From NCBI GenBank assembly GCA_964414795.1, contig CAYPWV010000006.1, forward strand, positions 1 to 59,793: a stretch of 59,793 nt of DNA, in the 5' to 3' direction. Shown here one piece after another: positions 18,670-27,863 of the stretch. The translations under genes were made by a program, and so were the position numbers. Under the pieces are notes generated by a model that was not told where the DNA came from, made no database searches, and saw only the letters and a list, made by a program, of their open reading frames with translations. The number at the start of each line of letters is the position of its first letter. Within the stretch, counting starts at the first letter, position 1. Source of the stretch: an uncultured Gammaproteobacteria bacterium (lineage in GTDB: Bacteria > Patescibacteriota > Patescibacteriia > UBA9934).

Positions 18670-19650
18670 CTACTTCATCTCCTCCCTCATTCCCTCCCAC
18701 ACTTCCCCATAACCCTGCTGACGCAAATAATACCACCACTCTACACCCCAAAAACTTATTTCAGAAAATCCTACAGAACGTGCGTAGGTGAGGGTATTCA
18801 CGGCATCCTGTGCGGTAAAAAGCGATGCCACAGTGGCGTCTTCTAAAGAACGTGGATCTATAACAAACCAAGGCTCCATTTGCAATTCGGCAAGCACAAC
18901 ATCGTGCATTGGCAACAACGGAACGCGCATAAGTGCATACCACCACGAAGGAAGAGGGAAAGAAACCGATCCAAAAAATGCGCTGTGCGTCTTTCGATAC
19001 ATACTCACCCCAATACGATCCGTAAGTGATGCAACCGACGTCCACAGTTCCTGCTCGCCGCTCACCGTTAATTGAATCTGCGCATCAGGATCACCCTTAC
19101 GTACCGCCTCAATTTCTTCCTTAAGAAGATCAATGTCTGCTGCTGGACAGTTGCCAAAAGTAAAAAATGGCTCATTTTCAACCTGCCACACGTCAACTAC
19201 AGATGCATACCGCATTACCACGGCATCTACATACGCAAGAAGCTCTTGGCGATACACATCACGATCGACTACATCAACCCACGAAGGCACAAAACACTCC
19301 GGCCAACGCGGAACCTTCGCGCCCACAACAAGATGCACATCGGCGCCAGATTTACGAATACGCCCAATCGCGTCATCACTTTCGTCCCAAGAAAAGATAT
19401 TTGACTCTGCCTCTACACGCGTCCAGTAAAGCGGCAAACGTACAAATGCAGGATGAAAGTCTTGTAAACTCGCATCAAGGACCTCTTGCGGATGAAGTCC
19501 TAATGACTCTGCACGTTCAAAAGAAAACGTAAAACCATATATTGGATCTGATGCAAGCCTTTGCGGAAGATGCGACAAAAAGAACACCAGTGCGCTCAAA
19601 GCAATGAGGGCTATGCTACAAAATAAGATGCGTCCTCCACGCATGAACAA
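18670..19650 (-). CDS. membrane-anchored putative glycoside hydrolase (clan GH-A-like)
   Basis: N-terminal TM segment. WQVENEP resembles the acid/base NEP motif of (beta/alpha)8 glycosidases. Function is tentative. Confidence 0.4.
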   Translation of the reverse strand: MFMRGGRILFCSIALIALSALVFFLSHLPQRLASDPIYGFTFSFERAESLGLHPQEVLDASLQDFHPAFVRLPLYWTRVEAESNIFSWDESDDAIGRIRKSGADVHLVVGAKVPRWPECFVPSWVDVVDRDVYRQELLAYVDAVVMRYASVVDVWQVENEPFFTFGNCPAADIDLLKEEIEAVRKGDPDAQIQLTVSGEQELWTSVASLTDRIGVSMYRKTHSAFFGSVSFPLPSWWYALMRVPLLPMHDVVLAELQMEPWFVIDPRSLEDATVASLFTAQDAVNTLTYARSVGFSEISFWGVEWWYYLRQQGYGEVWEGMREEMK

Positions 19651-19653
19651 AGG

Positions 19654-21225
19654 TTAAATTTCTTCTTTCTTTTCTCGCACAAATGCCAACCATCCTTCTA
19701 CAAATTCAATAGCAACTTTTAACGGTGCTTCTACAATAAAGTCAAAGAAGTAAATGAAAACGTTAATTTTAGAAACTTTGGTTGAAAGCCACGAACCCGC
19801 CTGTACGATAGGAAGAAAGAGCACGTCGAAAAGTGATCCCAAAAATCCGGAGCGCGCATCAGAAAGAATAATGTCGCGTATCGACATGCGGATACGAATA
19901 CCAAAGAACGTTACCAGCGAAAGGAAGAAGAAGAAGAGTGCAATAGACAATCCGTGGAAGTTAAACGCATGCAAAACGTATCCAATAATACCGTACACTG
20001 CAATAAACAATACGCTATACATCACCGCAAAAACCGTTGTCCACGAGGTACGCTTTTTTGCTTTGATACGCATATGCAAAAGCGGATGATCGGCTCCCAC
20101 CGCAACCGCGCGTGCCGCAGCAATATAGTCTTTGGTATTACTTTCTCCAGGAAGGGAGAGGGAAAGGCCAATAATCGCAAGGAAAAGAGGATGGAAGAAA
20201 ATGTTTACAAATAAAGGATACATCGGCACGTCCCCATTATGCAAAAACAAGTCGTACGGCAATTCAATAAGCAATGCTAAAAACATCTTTGTCAAAAAGA
20301 GAAAGGCAACCGATCGCACAACCGTTCTCCGTAACCGAACCTGAAAATCTTCTATACGCTTTTGCAGGGCTTTTGCAACCGCCTTATCAAGTGCCGTAGG
20401 ATCGTTAAACAGTGGCGCATCGGGCTTTGCGGTTTGCAGCGCATCTGCCAACACACGGAAAAGACCTGCTTTTCTACGAATAAGCCGCATAATGCGATCA
20501 GCAAGCGGATTGGTAATGTCTGCTTCAATGGTTTTTACGATACGGGGAAGATGCAATGCAACATCTTGAATGCGCTCAGGCGAAGCAGTACACCAGTCGG
20601 GATAATAGAGCGTAAGCAAACGAAAGCGCATAATGCCCGGATTTGACTTCAGTAAAACACGGTGCACTGCGGTATACAGGCGCAAATCTTTTTCTTGTTC
20701 AGAAAGCGTAAGTGCAGGATCCCAATCGATACGCTTTTTCAGCGCATCGTACATAAAAGATGCAAGCGCCTCTTCGTGCGTGGTTGGTGCGAGCAGCTGA
20801 TCAATATCGGTCGCTAGCACTTCAAAAATCCATCGATACAAATCTTCGCGCTCCTGCGCAGGGCGCTCGGCAGCAGCTTGCAAAAGCACTTCATACTTTT
20901 CAATAGCTTTTTCAATAATTTTTGAAAACGCTAAAGGAATTGTTTTGTTGGGAAGATATTTTGCCCACACTAATTCACGAAGTAAATCAGATGCATGCGC
21001 TGACAAATCTTTCTCAGCTCCTGCGTACCGCTTCATGATGCGAAGAATGGCATTTCTGCGCAATAAATGATCTTCTTGGTAATCAAACGTATTACGAATT
21101 TTTTCGTACGCACTTGCCGCAGAAGATGCAGGAGCACTTACCTCGAGCAACTCCTCACCCGTGCCGTGCATAAAAGGCGTATGAACGTGGAGCTGGGGCG
21201 CAAGATTTTTTAAAATATCAGACAT
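19654..21225 (-). CDS. hypothetical polytopic membrane protein
   Basis: 523 aa with a soluble helical N-terminal half and a multi-TM C-terminal half. It vaguely recalls the so-called site-specific recombinase membrane family, unverified. Confidence 0.5.
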   Translation of the reverse strand: MSDILKNLAPQLHVHTPFMHGTGEELLEVSAPASSAASAYEKIRNTFDYQEDHLLRRNAILRIMKRYAGAEKDLSAHASDLLRELVWAKYLPNKTIPLAFSKIIEKAIEKYEVLLQAAAERPAQEREDLYRWIFEVLATDIDQLLAPTTHEEALASFMYDALKKRIDWDPALTLSEQEKDLRLYTAVHRVLLKSNPGIMRFRLLTLYYPDWCTASPERIQDVALHLPRIVKTIEADITNPLADRIMRLIRRKAGLFRVLADALQTAKPDAPLFNDPTALDKAVAKALQKRIEDFQVRLRRTVVRSVAFLFLTKMFLALLIELPYDLFLHNGDVPMYPLFVNIFFHPLFLAIIGLSLSLPGESNTKDYIAAARAVAVGADHPLLHMRIKAKKRTSWTTVFAVMYSVLFIAVYGIIGYVLHAFNFHGLSIALFFFFLSLVTFFGIRIRMSIRDIILSDARSGFLGSLFDVLFLPIVQAGSWLSTKVSKINVFIYFFDFIVEAPLKVAIEFVEGWLAFVREKKEEI

Positions 21226-21230
21226 ACAAG

Positions 21231-21998
21231 CTAAAACAATGAACGTTCTTTTGATTTATCCAAAAGCGCACACGCTTCTTCGGCGGAATTAACAAGGGTA
21301 AAAAGACGAATATCCATCCGATCAATAGCATCGTACCTGCCATAGACCGTTTCTTCAAGAAAATGTACAAGCGGCGCCCAATAGTCTTTACCTACTAATA
21401 CAATAGGAATGCGTTCGGATTTTTTTGTTTGAATAAGGGTTAAAATTTCAAAAAACTCATCAAGCGTGCCAAATCCTCCCGGAAAATACACATATGCTTG
21501 AGCACTCGCTGCAAACATCACCTTTCGCGTAAAAAAATAATGAAACGAAAGACTGTGCGTTACATATTTATTCATGTGCTGTTCTCGGGGAAGCTGAATA
21601 TTCAGCCCCACCGACTCTCCCCCACCTTCAAACGCTCCTTTATTTGCCGCCTCCATAATGCCAGGGCCCCCGCCCGTAATTACGGTAAAGCCATTTTGTG
21701 CAAGCATCTTGCCTAACTTTTCGGCCTCTTTATACCAAGGATTGGTAGACGGCAAACGTGCAGAACCAAAAAGCGATACCTCTTTTTTAAGCGTAGAAAG
21801 AAATTGAAAACCCTCCACGAACTCAGCCATCATGCGAAAAATCCTCCACGTAAGATCGGCCATGCGAGGCTGACGTGCGCCTTGTTCACATAAATTCCGC
21901 TCTTCGGGAGTAAGCGGCACTTTGCACACTCCTTCCTCATTTTCCCTCCGTGATGATTTTCCGCCAAACAACGTGCGCATATGACAATAGTGTACCAT
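21231..21998 (-). CDS. LOG-family (TIGR00730-type) nucleotide phosphoribohydrolase
   Basis: GGGPGIMEA and PGGFGTLDE motifs. Confidence 0.85.
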   Translation of the reverse strand: MVHYCHMRTLFGGKSSRRENEEGVCKVPLTPEERNLCEQGARQPRMADLTWRIFRMMAEFVEGFQFLSTLKKEVSLFGSARLPSTNPWYKEAEKLGKMLAQNGFTVITGGGPGIMEAANKGAFEGGGESVGLNIQLPREQHMNKYVTHSLSFHYFFTRKVMFAASAQAYVYFPGGFGTLDEFFEILTLIQTKKSERIPIVLVGKDYWAPLVHFLEETVYGRYDAIDRMDIRLFTLVNSAEEACALLDKSKERSLF

Positions 21999-22001
21999 TT
22001 T

Positions 22002-23189
22002 TTATCTCCCCCAAATAACTCGTTCTTGAGGAAGCATCTGCGCATACTCCATAATCTCTAGCCATGCGGTTGCAACAAAAACAACGGATGCACCTTCACA
22101 CGCTTCAACAAGACCCGCTGCTCGCTCCGCATCACCTTCGATCTTTAAAACCCGTGGATCAAACCAACGAAGGGGAATCTTTTTTTCTCGCAAAGAGTTG
22201 ATGATGGCAATCGCGGGAGAAGAACGAATATCATCTGTTCCTGGCTTATACGAAACGCCCAATACCGCAACATGCCCTTGAGATCCCGCTGCAACAAACG
22301 CCGTAATAATTCTTTCAATAAAACGCGCTCGCTGACGGATATTTCGCTGCTCAGCCTCGTGCACAATCGGAAGAGCAATTCCCAGTTCATGCGCAACCGC
22401 AAGAAGTGCTTGCGTGTCCTTAGGAAAACAACTTCCTCCATATCCCAACCCATGCGCCAAAAACCGCGACCCGATACGTAAATCAAACCCCATACTCTCT
22501 GAAATTGTGCGCATATCTGCATCTACTGCTTCTGAAAATTCGCTTATTTCATTTACAAAACTTATTTTCGTAGCAAGAAATGCATTTGCCGCATACTTTG
22601 CAAGTTCGGACGTAACACAGTTTGTTGCAATAATCGGCGTTCCACGTTCTTGCCAAGGTTTATAAACAGCAAACAAACGTTGACGAGCCTCCTCCTGTTG
22701 CGTGCCAAATACAATGCGAGAAGGCATAAGCGCATCGTGTACCGCCGTGCCTTCGGCGAGAAATTCGGGATTTGATGCGAAAAAAAGATGAGGAAATTGA
22801 GTAGCAAGTTTTGCGCATGTGCCCGGAGGAACCGTTGATTTAATCACGAATGAAGAAAGAGGAAACTGTTCCTCAGCCATTTTCGCCGACGCAATAACTG
22901 CAGAAAGATCCGCATGCCCGTCAGCGCCTTGCGGTGTTCCCACTGCACAAAAAATAATGTCTGGCGCAGATACAGATTCATCTACATGAGAAAACGAAAT
23001 GCGATTCGCAGCTACTCCTTCTTGTAGCAACGCAAGAAGTCCTTCTTCAAAAAAAGGAATCTCACCTCTGCGAAGGAGTGCAATGCGATCCTTATCAACA
23101 TCCCGCACGATCACCTCGTGACCATTGCACGCAAACGCCGCAGCCGTCACCAACCCCACCCATCCGGCACCGAGAATGTGAATCTGCAT
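22002..23189 (-). CDS. UDP-glucose/GDP-mannose dehydrogenase family protein
   Basis: N-terminal GAGWVG Rossmann motif and catalytic GGSCFPKD. Confidence 0.85.
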   Translation of the reverse strand: MQIHILGAGWVGLVTAAAFACNGHEVIVRDVDKDRIALLRRGEIPFFEEGLLALLQEGVAANRISFSHVDESVSAPDIIFCAVGTPQGADGHADLSAVIASAKMAEEQFPLSSFVIKSTVPPGTCAKLATQFPHLFFASNPEFLAEGTAVHDALMPSRIVFGTQQEEARQRLFAVYKPWQERGTPIIATNCVTSELAKYAANAFLATKISFVNEISEFSEAVDADMRTISESMGFDLRIGSRFLAHGLGYGGSCFPKDTQALLAVAHELGIALPIVHEAEQRNIRQRARFIERIITAFVAAGSQGHVAVLGVSYKPGTDDIRSSPAIAIINSLREKKIPLRWFDPRVLKIEGDAERAAGLVEACEGASVVFVATAWLEIMEYAQMLPQERVIWGR

Positions 23190-23240
23190 AGGAAGTTGTT
23201 TGGCAGGTTTAGCGGTTTAGATTTTTAGATGAAGGAACTA

Positions 23241-23279
23241 CCTTTCACTTCAAACTAACAACTTCATACTTCAAACTCT
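23241..23279. repeat. left copy of a perfect 39-bp inverted repeat
   Basis: CCTTTCACTTCAAACTAACAACTTCATACTTCAAACTCT is the exact reverse complement of 23824-23862. It overlaps the stop codon of the enclosed gene. Confidence 0.95.
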
Positions 23280-23818
23280 TACTGAAAACTTCCCTCTCCC
23301 ACCTTCACTCCCGACGGAGCCGGATTATCATCGCGAGGTTCGAGCATGATGACAACTTCAGAAAAAAGCTTAGGATCAATAACGCCCGTTGCAGGACCGG
23401 CTAAAAAAACACCCACCCATGTGCCGTCAGCACGAGGAGTAAGCGCACCCATATCTACCACATCCGCCAGTCCATCCTTTACCAACCACACATGATATTC
23501 CGAAGAAACGGTATCAATACCCGAAAGCGCAACAAGAATATCGAGCGTTGCAATGTCTCCGTTGATGACTCGGCTTACTCGTCCTATATCACCTCCACTT
23601 GCATACGAAAATACTGTCGCAAGCGCGGGTGCGTTCTCTACATCATTTTTTGCATTCTGGCTCTTTGACGCGACTGTGTCCGTATTTTTTTCCTGTTCCT
23701 CGGCATGTGCGCGGAATGCCCGTAATCCAAACCAAAAAGCACTAATTCCACCCACGAGCAATGCAAAAATCACGATCGCCGGACCAATGCGATGAACTTT
23801 TTTGCGAGCATGAATCAT
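23279..23818 (-). CDS. hypothetical single-pass membrane-anchored protein
   Basis: 179 aa with one N-terminal TM segment (IGPAIVIFALLVGGISAFWFGL). It is exactly bracketed by the 39-bp inverted repeat. Confidence 0.6.
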   Translation of the reverse strand: MIHARKKVHRIGPAIVIFALLVGGISAFWFGLRAFRAHAEEQEKNTDTVASKSQNAKNDVENAPALATVFSYASGGDIGRVSRVINGDIATLDILVALSGIDTVSSEYHVWLVKDGLADVVDMGALTPRADGTWVGVFLAGPATGVIDPKLFSEVVIMLEPRDDNPAPSGVKVGEGSFQ

Positions 23819-23823
23819 AGGTG

Positions 23824-23862
23824 AGAGTTTGAAGTATGAAGTTGTTAGTTTGAAGTGAAAGG
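23824..23862. repeat. right copy of the perfect 39-bp inverted repeat
   Basis: Reverse complement of 23241-23279, ending 6 nt upstream of the ATG at 23818. Confidence 0.95.
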
Positions 23863-23962
23863 ATGCTTTTTCCTGAGTAGATCCTTCGCAGACCTCAGGA
23901 TCTTGTGAATTCAGATCATTTCTCTTATCTGCCGTCTGCTGTCTATTATCTAAAAAGAGCTA

Positions 23963-23999
23963 CCTCTCACTTCAAACTCTTAACTAATAACTTCAAACT
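23963..23999. repeat. diverged third copy of the CACTTCAAACT-word arm
   Basis: CCTCTCACTTCAAACTCTTAACTAATAACTTCAAACT has the same orientation as the left copy and overlaps the malic enzyme stop codon. Confidence 0.7.
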
Positions 24000-25149
24000 T
24001 TTCCCTTTCCACTTCCTCCCCAACCGCCGCAGCCAACACCGGCGCAGGATTTACGGCGAGAATTGAAGGAATGATACACTCAGCGGTAGGCGAAGGAACC
24101 ATGCCGGCAAGCGCATACGCTGCGGCAAGCTTCATGCGCATGGTGAGCTTTTTTGCATGAGCGTCGAGAAGCCCACGAAAAATACCAGGATACACAAGCA
24201 CGTTATTCACTTGATTCGCAAAATCAGATCGACCCGTAGCGATCACCATCGCTCCTGCAGCACGTGCTTCATCGGGCATAATTTCAGGAACAGGATTTGC
24301 AAGTGCAAAAACAATTGCTCGGGGAGCCATGCTTTTTACCATTTCCCCGGTAATCACTCCCGGCCTACTCACCCCAATAATCACATCAGCACCCTGCATT
24401 GCATCAGCAAGTGTTCCTGTTTTTTGTTCGACATTGATGAGATCTGCAATACGCTCTTTTTCGGTATTCATCTTGTCACGACCTCGCGCAATAATACCCT
24501 GCGAATCAACCATTGCGAGATGCACAACTCCCGCCGCACGCAAAAGATCAATAATCGCAATTCCCGCCGCTCCCGCACCATTTACCACCACACGAATCGT
24601 ACCAATCTCTTTTTCTACAACGCGCAATGCGTTCACGAGTGCCGCCAATGTCACAATCGCCGTCGCATGTTGATCGTCATGCATCACGGGGATATCAAGT
24701 TCGGCAGACAAACGTTCTTCAATAGCAAAACACGCCGGTGCAGCAATATCTTCCAAATGAATACCGCCAAACGTGGGTGAAATCATCTTCACCGCCTGCA
24801 CAATGTCCTCAATATTCTTACTTGAAAGAACAATCGGCACCGCGTCAATGTTTGCATACTTTTTATACAGCACCGCCTTCCCTTCCATCACCGGCAAACT
24901 TGCCATCGGGCCAATATCGCCCAACCCCAGCACCGACGTTCCATCAGAAACAACGGCAACCGCACGACCCTTCATCGTATACACATACGCATCCTCAGGA
25001 TTTTTTGCAATTGCTTCACACGGCGCGGCAACACCCGGCGTGTACGCAATAGAAAGATCATCTTTCGTCTCAAGCGGCATGCGAGACGCAATCGCCCATT
25101 TGCCTTGATGAAGTTTGTGTTGTTTGAGTGACTCTTCGGAATAATTCAT
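23980..25149 (-). CDS. NAD(P)-dependent malic enzyme (short MaeB-type)
   Basis: LSIAYTPGVA, VVSDGTSVLGLGDIG..PVMEGKA and a GAGAAGIA Rossmann motif. Start set at MNYSEESL. Confidence 0.9.
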   Translation of the reverse strand: MNYSEESLKQHKLHQGKWAIASRMPLETKDDLSIAYTPGVAAPCEAIAKNPEDAYVYTMKGRAVAVVSDGTSVLGLGDIGPMASLPVMEGKAVLYKKYANIDAVPIVLSSKNIEDIVQAVKMISPTFGGIHLEDIAAPACFAIEERLSAELDIPVMHDDQHATAIVTLAALVNALRVVEKEIGTIRVVVNGAGAAGIAIIDLLRAAGVVHLAMVDSQGIIARGRDKMNTEKERIADLINVEQKTGTLADAMQGADVIIGVSRPGVITGEMVKSMAPRAIVFALANPVPEIMPDEARAAGAMVIATGRSDFANQVNNVLVYPGIFRGLLDAHAKKLTMRMKLAAAYALAGMVPSPTAECIIPSILAVNPAPVLAAAVGEEVEREKFEVIS

Positions 25150-25159
25150 AGAAAAAGGA

Positions 25160-27346
25160 TTACACATCTCTCAAAAACGAACTCGGGAACGCTTTCTTTT
25201 TTGCAGTAACCGCCTCGCCAGAATGATCGAGAACGATCGTGGGCTCGGAATATTCTTCATCCCATACGTTTTCGGAAATGGATTTCATATTCCCACCCCC
25301 TACCCCCCACCCCGTACGGGCGGGTTTAAAACCCGCCCGTACGCCCCGCCCTTCAGACCCCCACCCCGACGAATGCCGCAAATACACCTCCTCAATCAAA
25401 TCCTTGGGAATTTCATCAAGAAATGTGGATGGCTGGCGAAGGGTGACATTTTCATATCCTGCAGTAATACCGTAGCTCAAAAAAAGCCGACGCTTGGCGC
25501 GCGTGGTTGCAACGTAAAACAATCGTCGCTCCTCTTCAACTTCCTTGGGATTGGCAAAGGATTTATCACTCGGAAATGCACCCTCCGCAACGTTAATCAC
25601 AAACACACTATCCCACTCCAAGCCCTTTGCTTGATGAATAGTGGAAAGCACCATCTTTTCTTCGGTGTAGGCAGCGATGGTTTTATCTTGCTCGGTATCC
25701 ATCAATCCCCCAAAATCTCCGGTAAGCGTAACCGCATCCAAAAATGCTCCCAAATCCTGATATTGCTCGGCAAAAAGAGAAAATTGCTCTAAATCTTCTC
25801 GGCGTTCTCGTGCATTCTGATATTCTGCATCAAGATATTCACGATACATTTCACTTCCCGCAAATGCACGAAGCATGTGGGCCGGAAGTTGCTCAGACAC
25901 CATGGAACTTAGCAATTGCGCCGTACGCATCCAGCCTTGTTGCGCTTTATCGCCAAGCTTGGGAGATGAAGCAAGTGCATCAGCCACGCGATCACACAAG
26001 CTGACGTGATTCGCAACCTTCGCCGCAGTTGCAAGTCCCATTCCTGGCTGAATCTGGAGCGCACGCATCCATGCAACACCATCTTTTACATTTCTCAAAA
26101 TACGAATATGCGCAATCGCATCCTTAATATGCGCACGTTCAAAAAACTTCATGCCTCCACGATATTCATACGGCACCGCACGACGCATGAGCTCAAATTC
26201 AAGCGCTTGCGAATGAAATGCGGCACGAAAAAGCACCGCAATATCTCGTAAACGAACGCCTTCATTGATAAGCGCTAAAATTTGTTCCGCAACATACTGC
26301 GCCTCTTGACGTTCATCTGCTGCAGGAATAACCAGCGGTCGTTCACCATCTTTTGCAACAGAAACAAGCTCTTTTTGATATTGATCGAGATTATTTGCAA
26401 TAACCGCATTGGCAACCGCAAGAATTTGCGGCGTTGAACGATAATTTGTTACCAAACGATGCACCACCGCACCCGAATATCTTTCGCCAAACGCAAGAAT
26501 ATTTTGAATTTCTGCCGCACGAAAAGAATAAATACTCTGCGCATCATCTCCCACCGCTAAAATATTGCGATGATGCGAGGAAAGCATGTCAACCAAATCT
26601 GCCTGAATAAGATTGGTATCTTGAAACTCATCAACCATAAGATACCGAAAACGTCGTGCAAGCGCAGAACGCACCTGCTCATCGTCGCGAAGAAGGTTGT
26701 ATAGCTCAAGAAGCAAGTCATCAAAATCAAGCGCGCGCTGACGAATTTTCTCCTGCTTGTATCTTTGCAATACTCTTTCTATCTCTCCTGCAAGTGGCTC
26801 GTGCGTAGGCGCTCTTTTTTCTAAAGCTTCGCGCAATGACAATCGCGCATTTTCTGCAAAAGACGAAACCGATTTGATAATTGCCGCAGAAGGAAACTTA
26901 CGCCCAAAAGCGTTTGCTTTTACTTCTTTAATGCACAATTTAATAAGATCTTGCGCATCATCTTCATCTAAAATAGAAAAATTCCGCCCATACGGCGTGC
27001 GATCACCGTAAATTCGGAGCAATCGATTGGCAATGGAATGAAACGTTCCCGACCACAAGCCCGCAGGATACACTTTCAGCAACGACTCCACGCGGGTAAT
27101 CATTTCTTTTGCCGCTTTATTCGTAAACGTAAGCAAAAGAATTTCTTCGGGATGCACGCCGTGCTCCAACAACCACGCAACACGGTAGGTTACCACACGC
27201 GTTTTTCCACTTCCCGCTCCCGCTAAAACCAGATGCGGCCCCTCGCCGGAAGAAACAACTGCAAACTGTTCCTCATTCAGCTCCGCCTGATAATTGCGCA
27301 CGGGCGCCGCTTCTCCGGTTCTCCCGGTCAGGACAAAGTCTTTCAT
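25160..27346 (-). CDS. UvrD/PcrA-type superfamily 1 DNA helicase
   Basis: LNEEQ..AGAGSGKTRV, DEFQDTN, VGDDAQSIYSFRAA, TIHQAKGLEWD and YVATTRAK motifs. Start set at MKDF (27346). The upstream in-frame extension runs through repeat and hairpin DNA. Confidence 0.9.
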   Translation of the reverse strand: MKDFVLTGRTGEAAPVRNYQAELNEEQFAVVSSGEGPHLVLAGAGSGKTRVVTYRVAWLLEHGVHPEEILLLTFTNKAAKEMITRVESLLKVYPAGLWSGTFHSIANRLLRIYGDRTPYGRNFSILDEDDAQDLIKLCIKEVKANAFGRKFPSAAIIKSVSSFAENARLSLREALEKRAPTHEPLAGEIERVLQRYKQEKIRQRALDFDDLLLELYNLLRDDEQVRSALARRFRYLMVDEFQDTNLIQADLVDMLSSHHRNILAVGDDAQSIYSFRAAEIQNILAFGERYSGAVVHRLVTNYRSTPQILAVANAVIANNLDQYQKELVSVAKDGERPLVIPAADERQEAQYVAEQILALINEGVRLRDIAVLFRAAFHSQALEFELMRRAVPYEYRGGMKFFERAHIKDAIAHIRILRNVKDGVAWMRALQIQPGMGLATAAKVANHVSLCDRVADALASSPKLGDKAQQGWMRTAQLLSSMVSEQLPAHMLRAFAGSEMYREYLDAEYQNARERREDLEQFSLFAEQYQDLGAFLDAVTLTGDFGGLMDTEQDKTIAAYTEEKMVLSTIHQAKGLEWDSVFVINVAEGAFPSDKSFANPKEVEEERRLFYVATTRAKRRLFLSYGITAGYENVTLRQPSTFLDEIPKDLIEEVYLRHSSGWGSEGRGVRAGFKPARTGWGVGGGNMKSISENVWDEEYSEPTIVLDHSGEAVTAKKKAFPSSFLRDV
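25314..25342. repeat. family-3 REP-like hairpin inside the uvrD-type CDS
   Basis: GTACGGGCGGGTTTAAAACCCGCCCGTAC is translated in frame as RAGFKPART. It is adjacent to the C-tract block 25292-25313. Confidence 0.85.
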
Positions 27347-27410
27347 AGCTCTTGGGATTGTAGCAAGGAAAGACGGCAGATAACAGACGGCAGATGGGGA
27401 AAAAGAAGCA

Positions 27411-27801
27411 AAAAGAAAAACTCGGGGCGGCTCAGACGGGATAACATCCGTCGAACCATCTACCCGAGCTAAGCGAATCCCTTCATCAGCGAAGGGAAAA
27501 AAGGAGCTAGCCTTTGCAAGGAAAGAGAATTCCTCGCAAAGACTTTGATCGTATTTCTCCCAAAATACGATCTCGATCGTGCTGAGTGCCACGATCACGG
27601 TGTGTAGCTTCCTGTGCCACACCGTCTCGATTGCAACCCCTGCAGAGAAGATCTAAACAAATATAGACCTTCTAAACAGGGGTGCGCGCTCGAGCTGCGC
27701 TGCGTTCCCTGACGGATGCGGTGACCCCCCGGTCCCGCAACTCGCCAGGGAACACTCCGACCCCGACCACGGTCCCCACGCAAAAACTCATTTTTGTGAC
27801 A
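27411..27801 (-). ncRNA. candidate structured RNA or long structured uvrD leader, class unknown
   Basis: A consensus promoter lies upstream. The segment contains a chain of at least 8 near-perfect hairpins, for example GATCGTATTT/AAATACGATC, ACGGTGTG/CACACCGT and GTTCCCTG/CAGGGAAC. It ends in a CTCGGG..CCCGAG stem followed by TTTTTCTTTTT. Confidence 0.4.
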
Positions 27802-27807
27802 AAAGTA

Positions 27808-27836
27808 ATCATACCAAAAAAATCCTGTTTTGTCAA
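27808..27836 (-). promoter_or_regulatory. near-consensus sigma70-type promoter
   Basis: On the minus strand: TTGACA (27831-27836), exactly 17-nt spacer, TATGAT (27808-27813). Confidence 0.6.
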
Positions 27837-27846
27837 CAGGATTTTA
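27814..27846 (-). terminator. intrinsic terminator of mltG (overlaps the promoter above)
   Basis: AAATCCTGTTGACAAAACAGGATTTTTTT on the minus strand. Confidence 0.7.
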
Positions 27847-27863
27847 CAAATATAAAGGCTTTT

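Noticed and set aside
27347-27622. In-frame N-terminal extension of the UvrD-type ORF (92 extra codons).
   Set aside because: The extension is encoded by hairpin and repeat DNA downstream of a promoter and across a terminator-like stem. The helicase alignment logic (LNEEQ about 25 aa from the start) fits the ATG at 27346.
27411-27801. Tested whether the structured region upstream of uvrD is tmRNA, RNase P RNA, SRP RNA or 6S RNA.
   Set aside because: There is a GGGGACC.. 5' segment and a GGTTCGAC string. I could not find a matching 3' acceptor strand with a T-arm and (A)CCA, a plausible tag ORF ending in a typical Ala-rich C-terminus, the GGAAAGTCC / ACAGAA..GGCTTA P4 elements of RNase P, or the GGAA-capped SRP domain IV motif. 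It is kept only as an RNA of unknown class.
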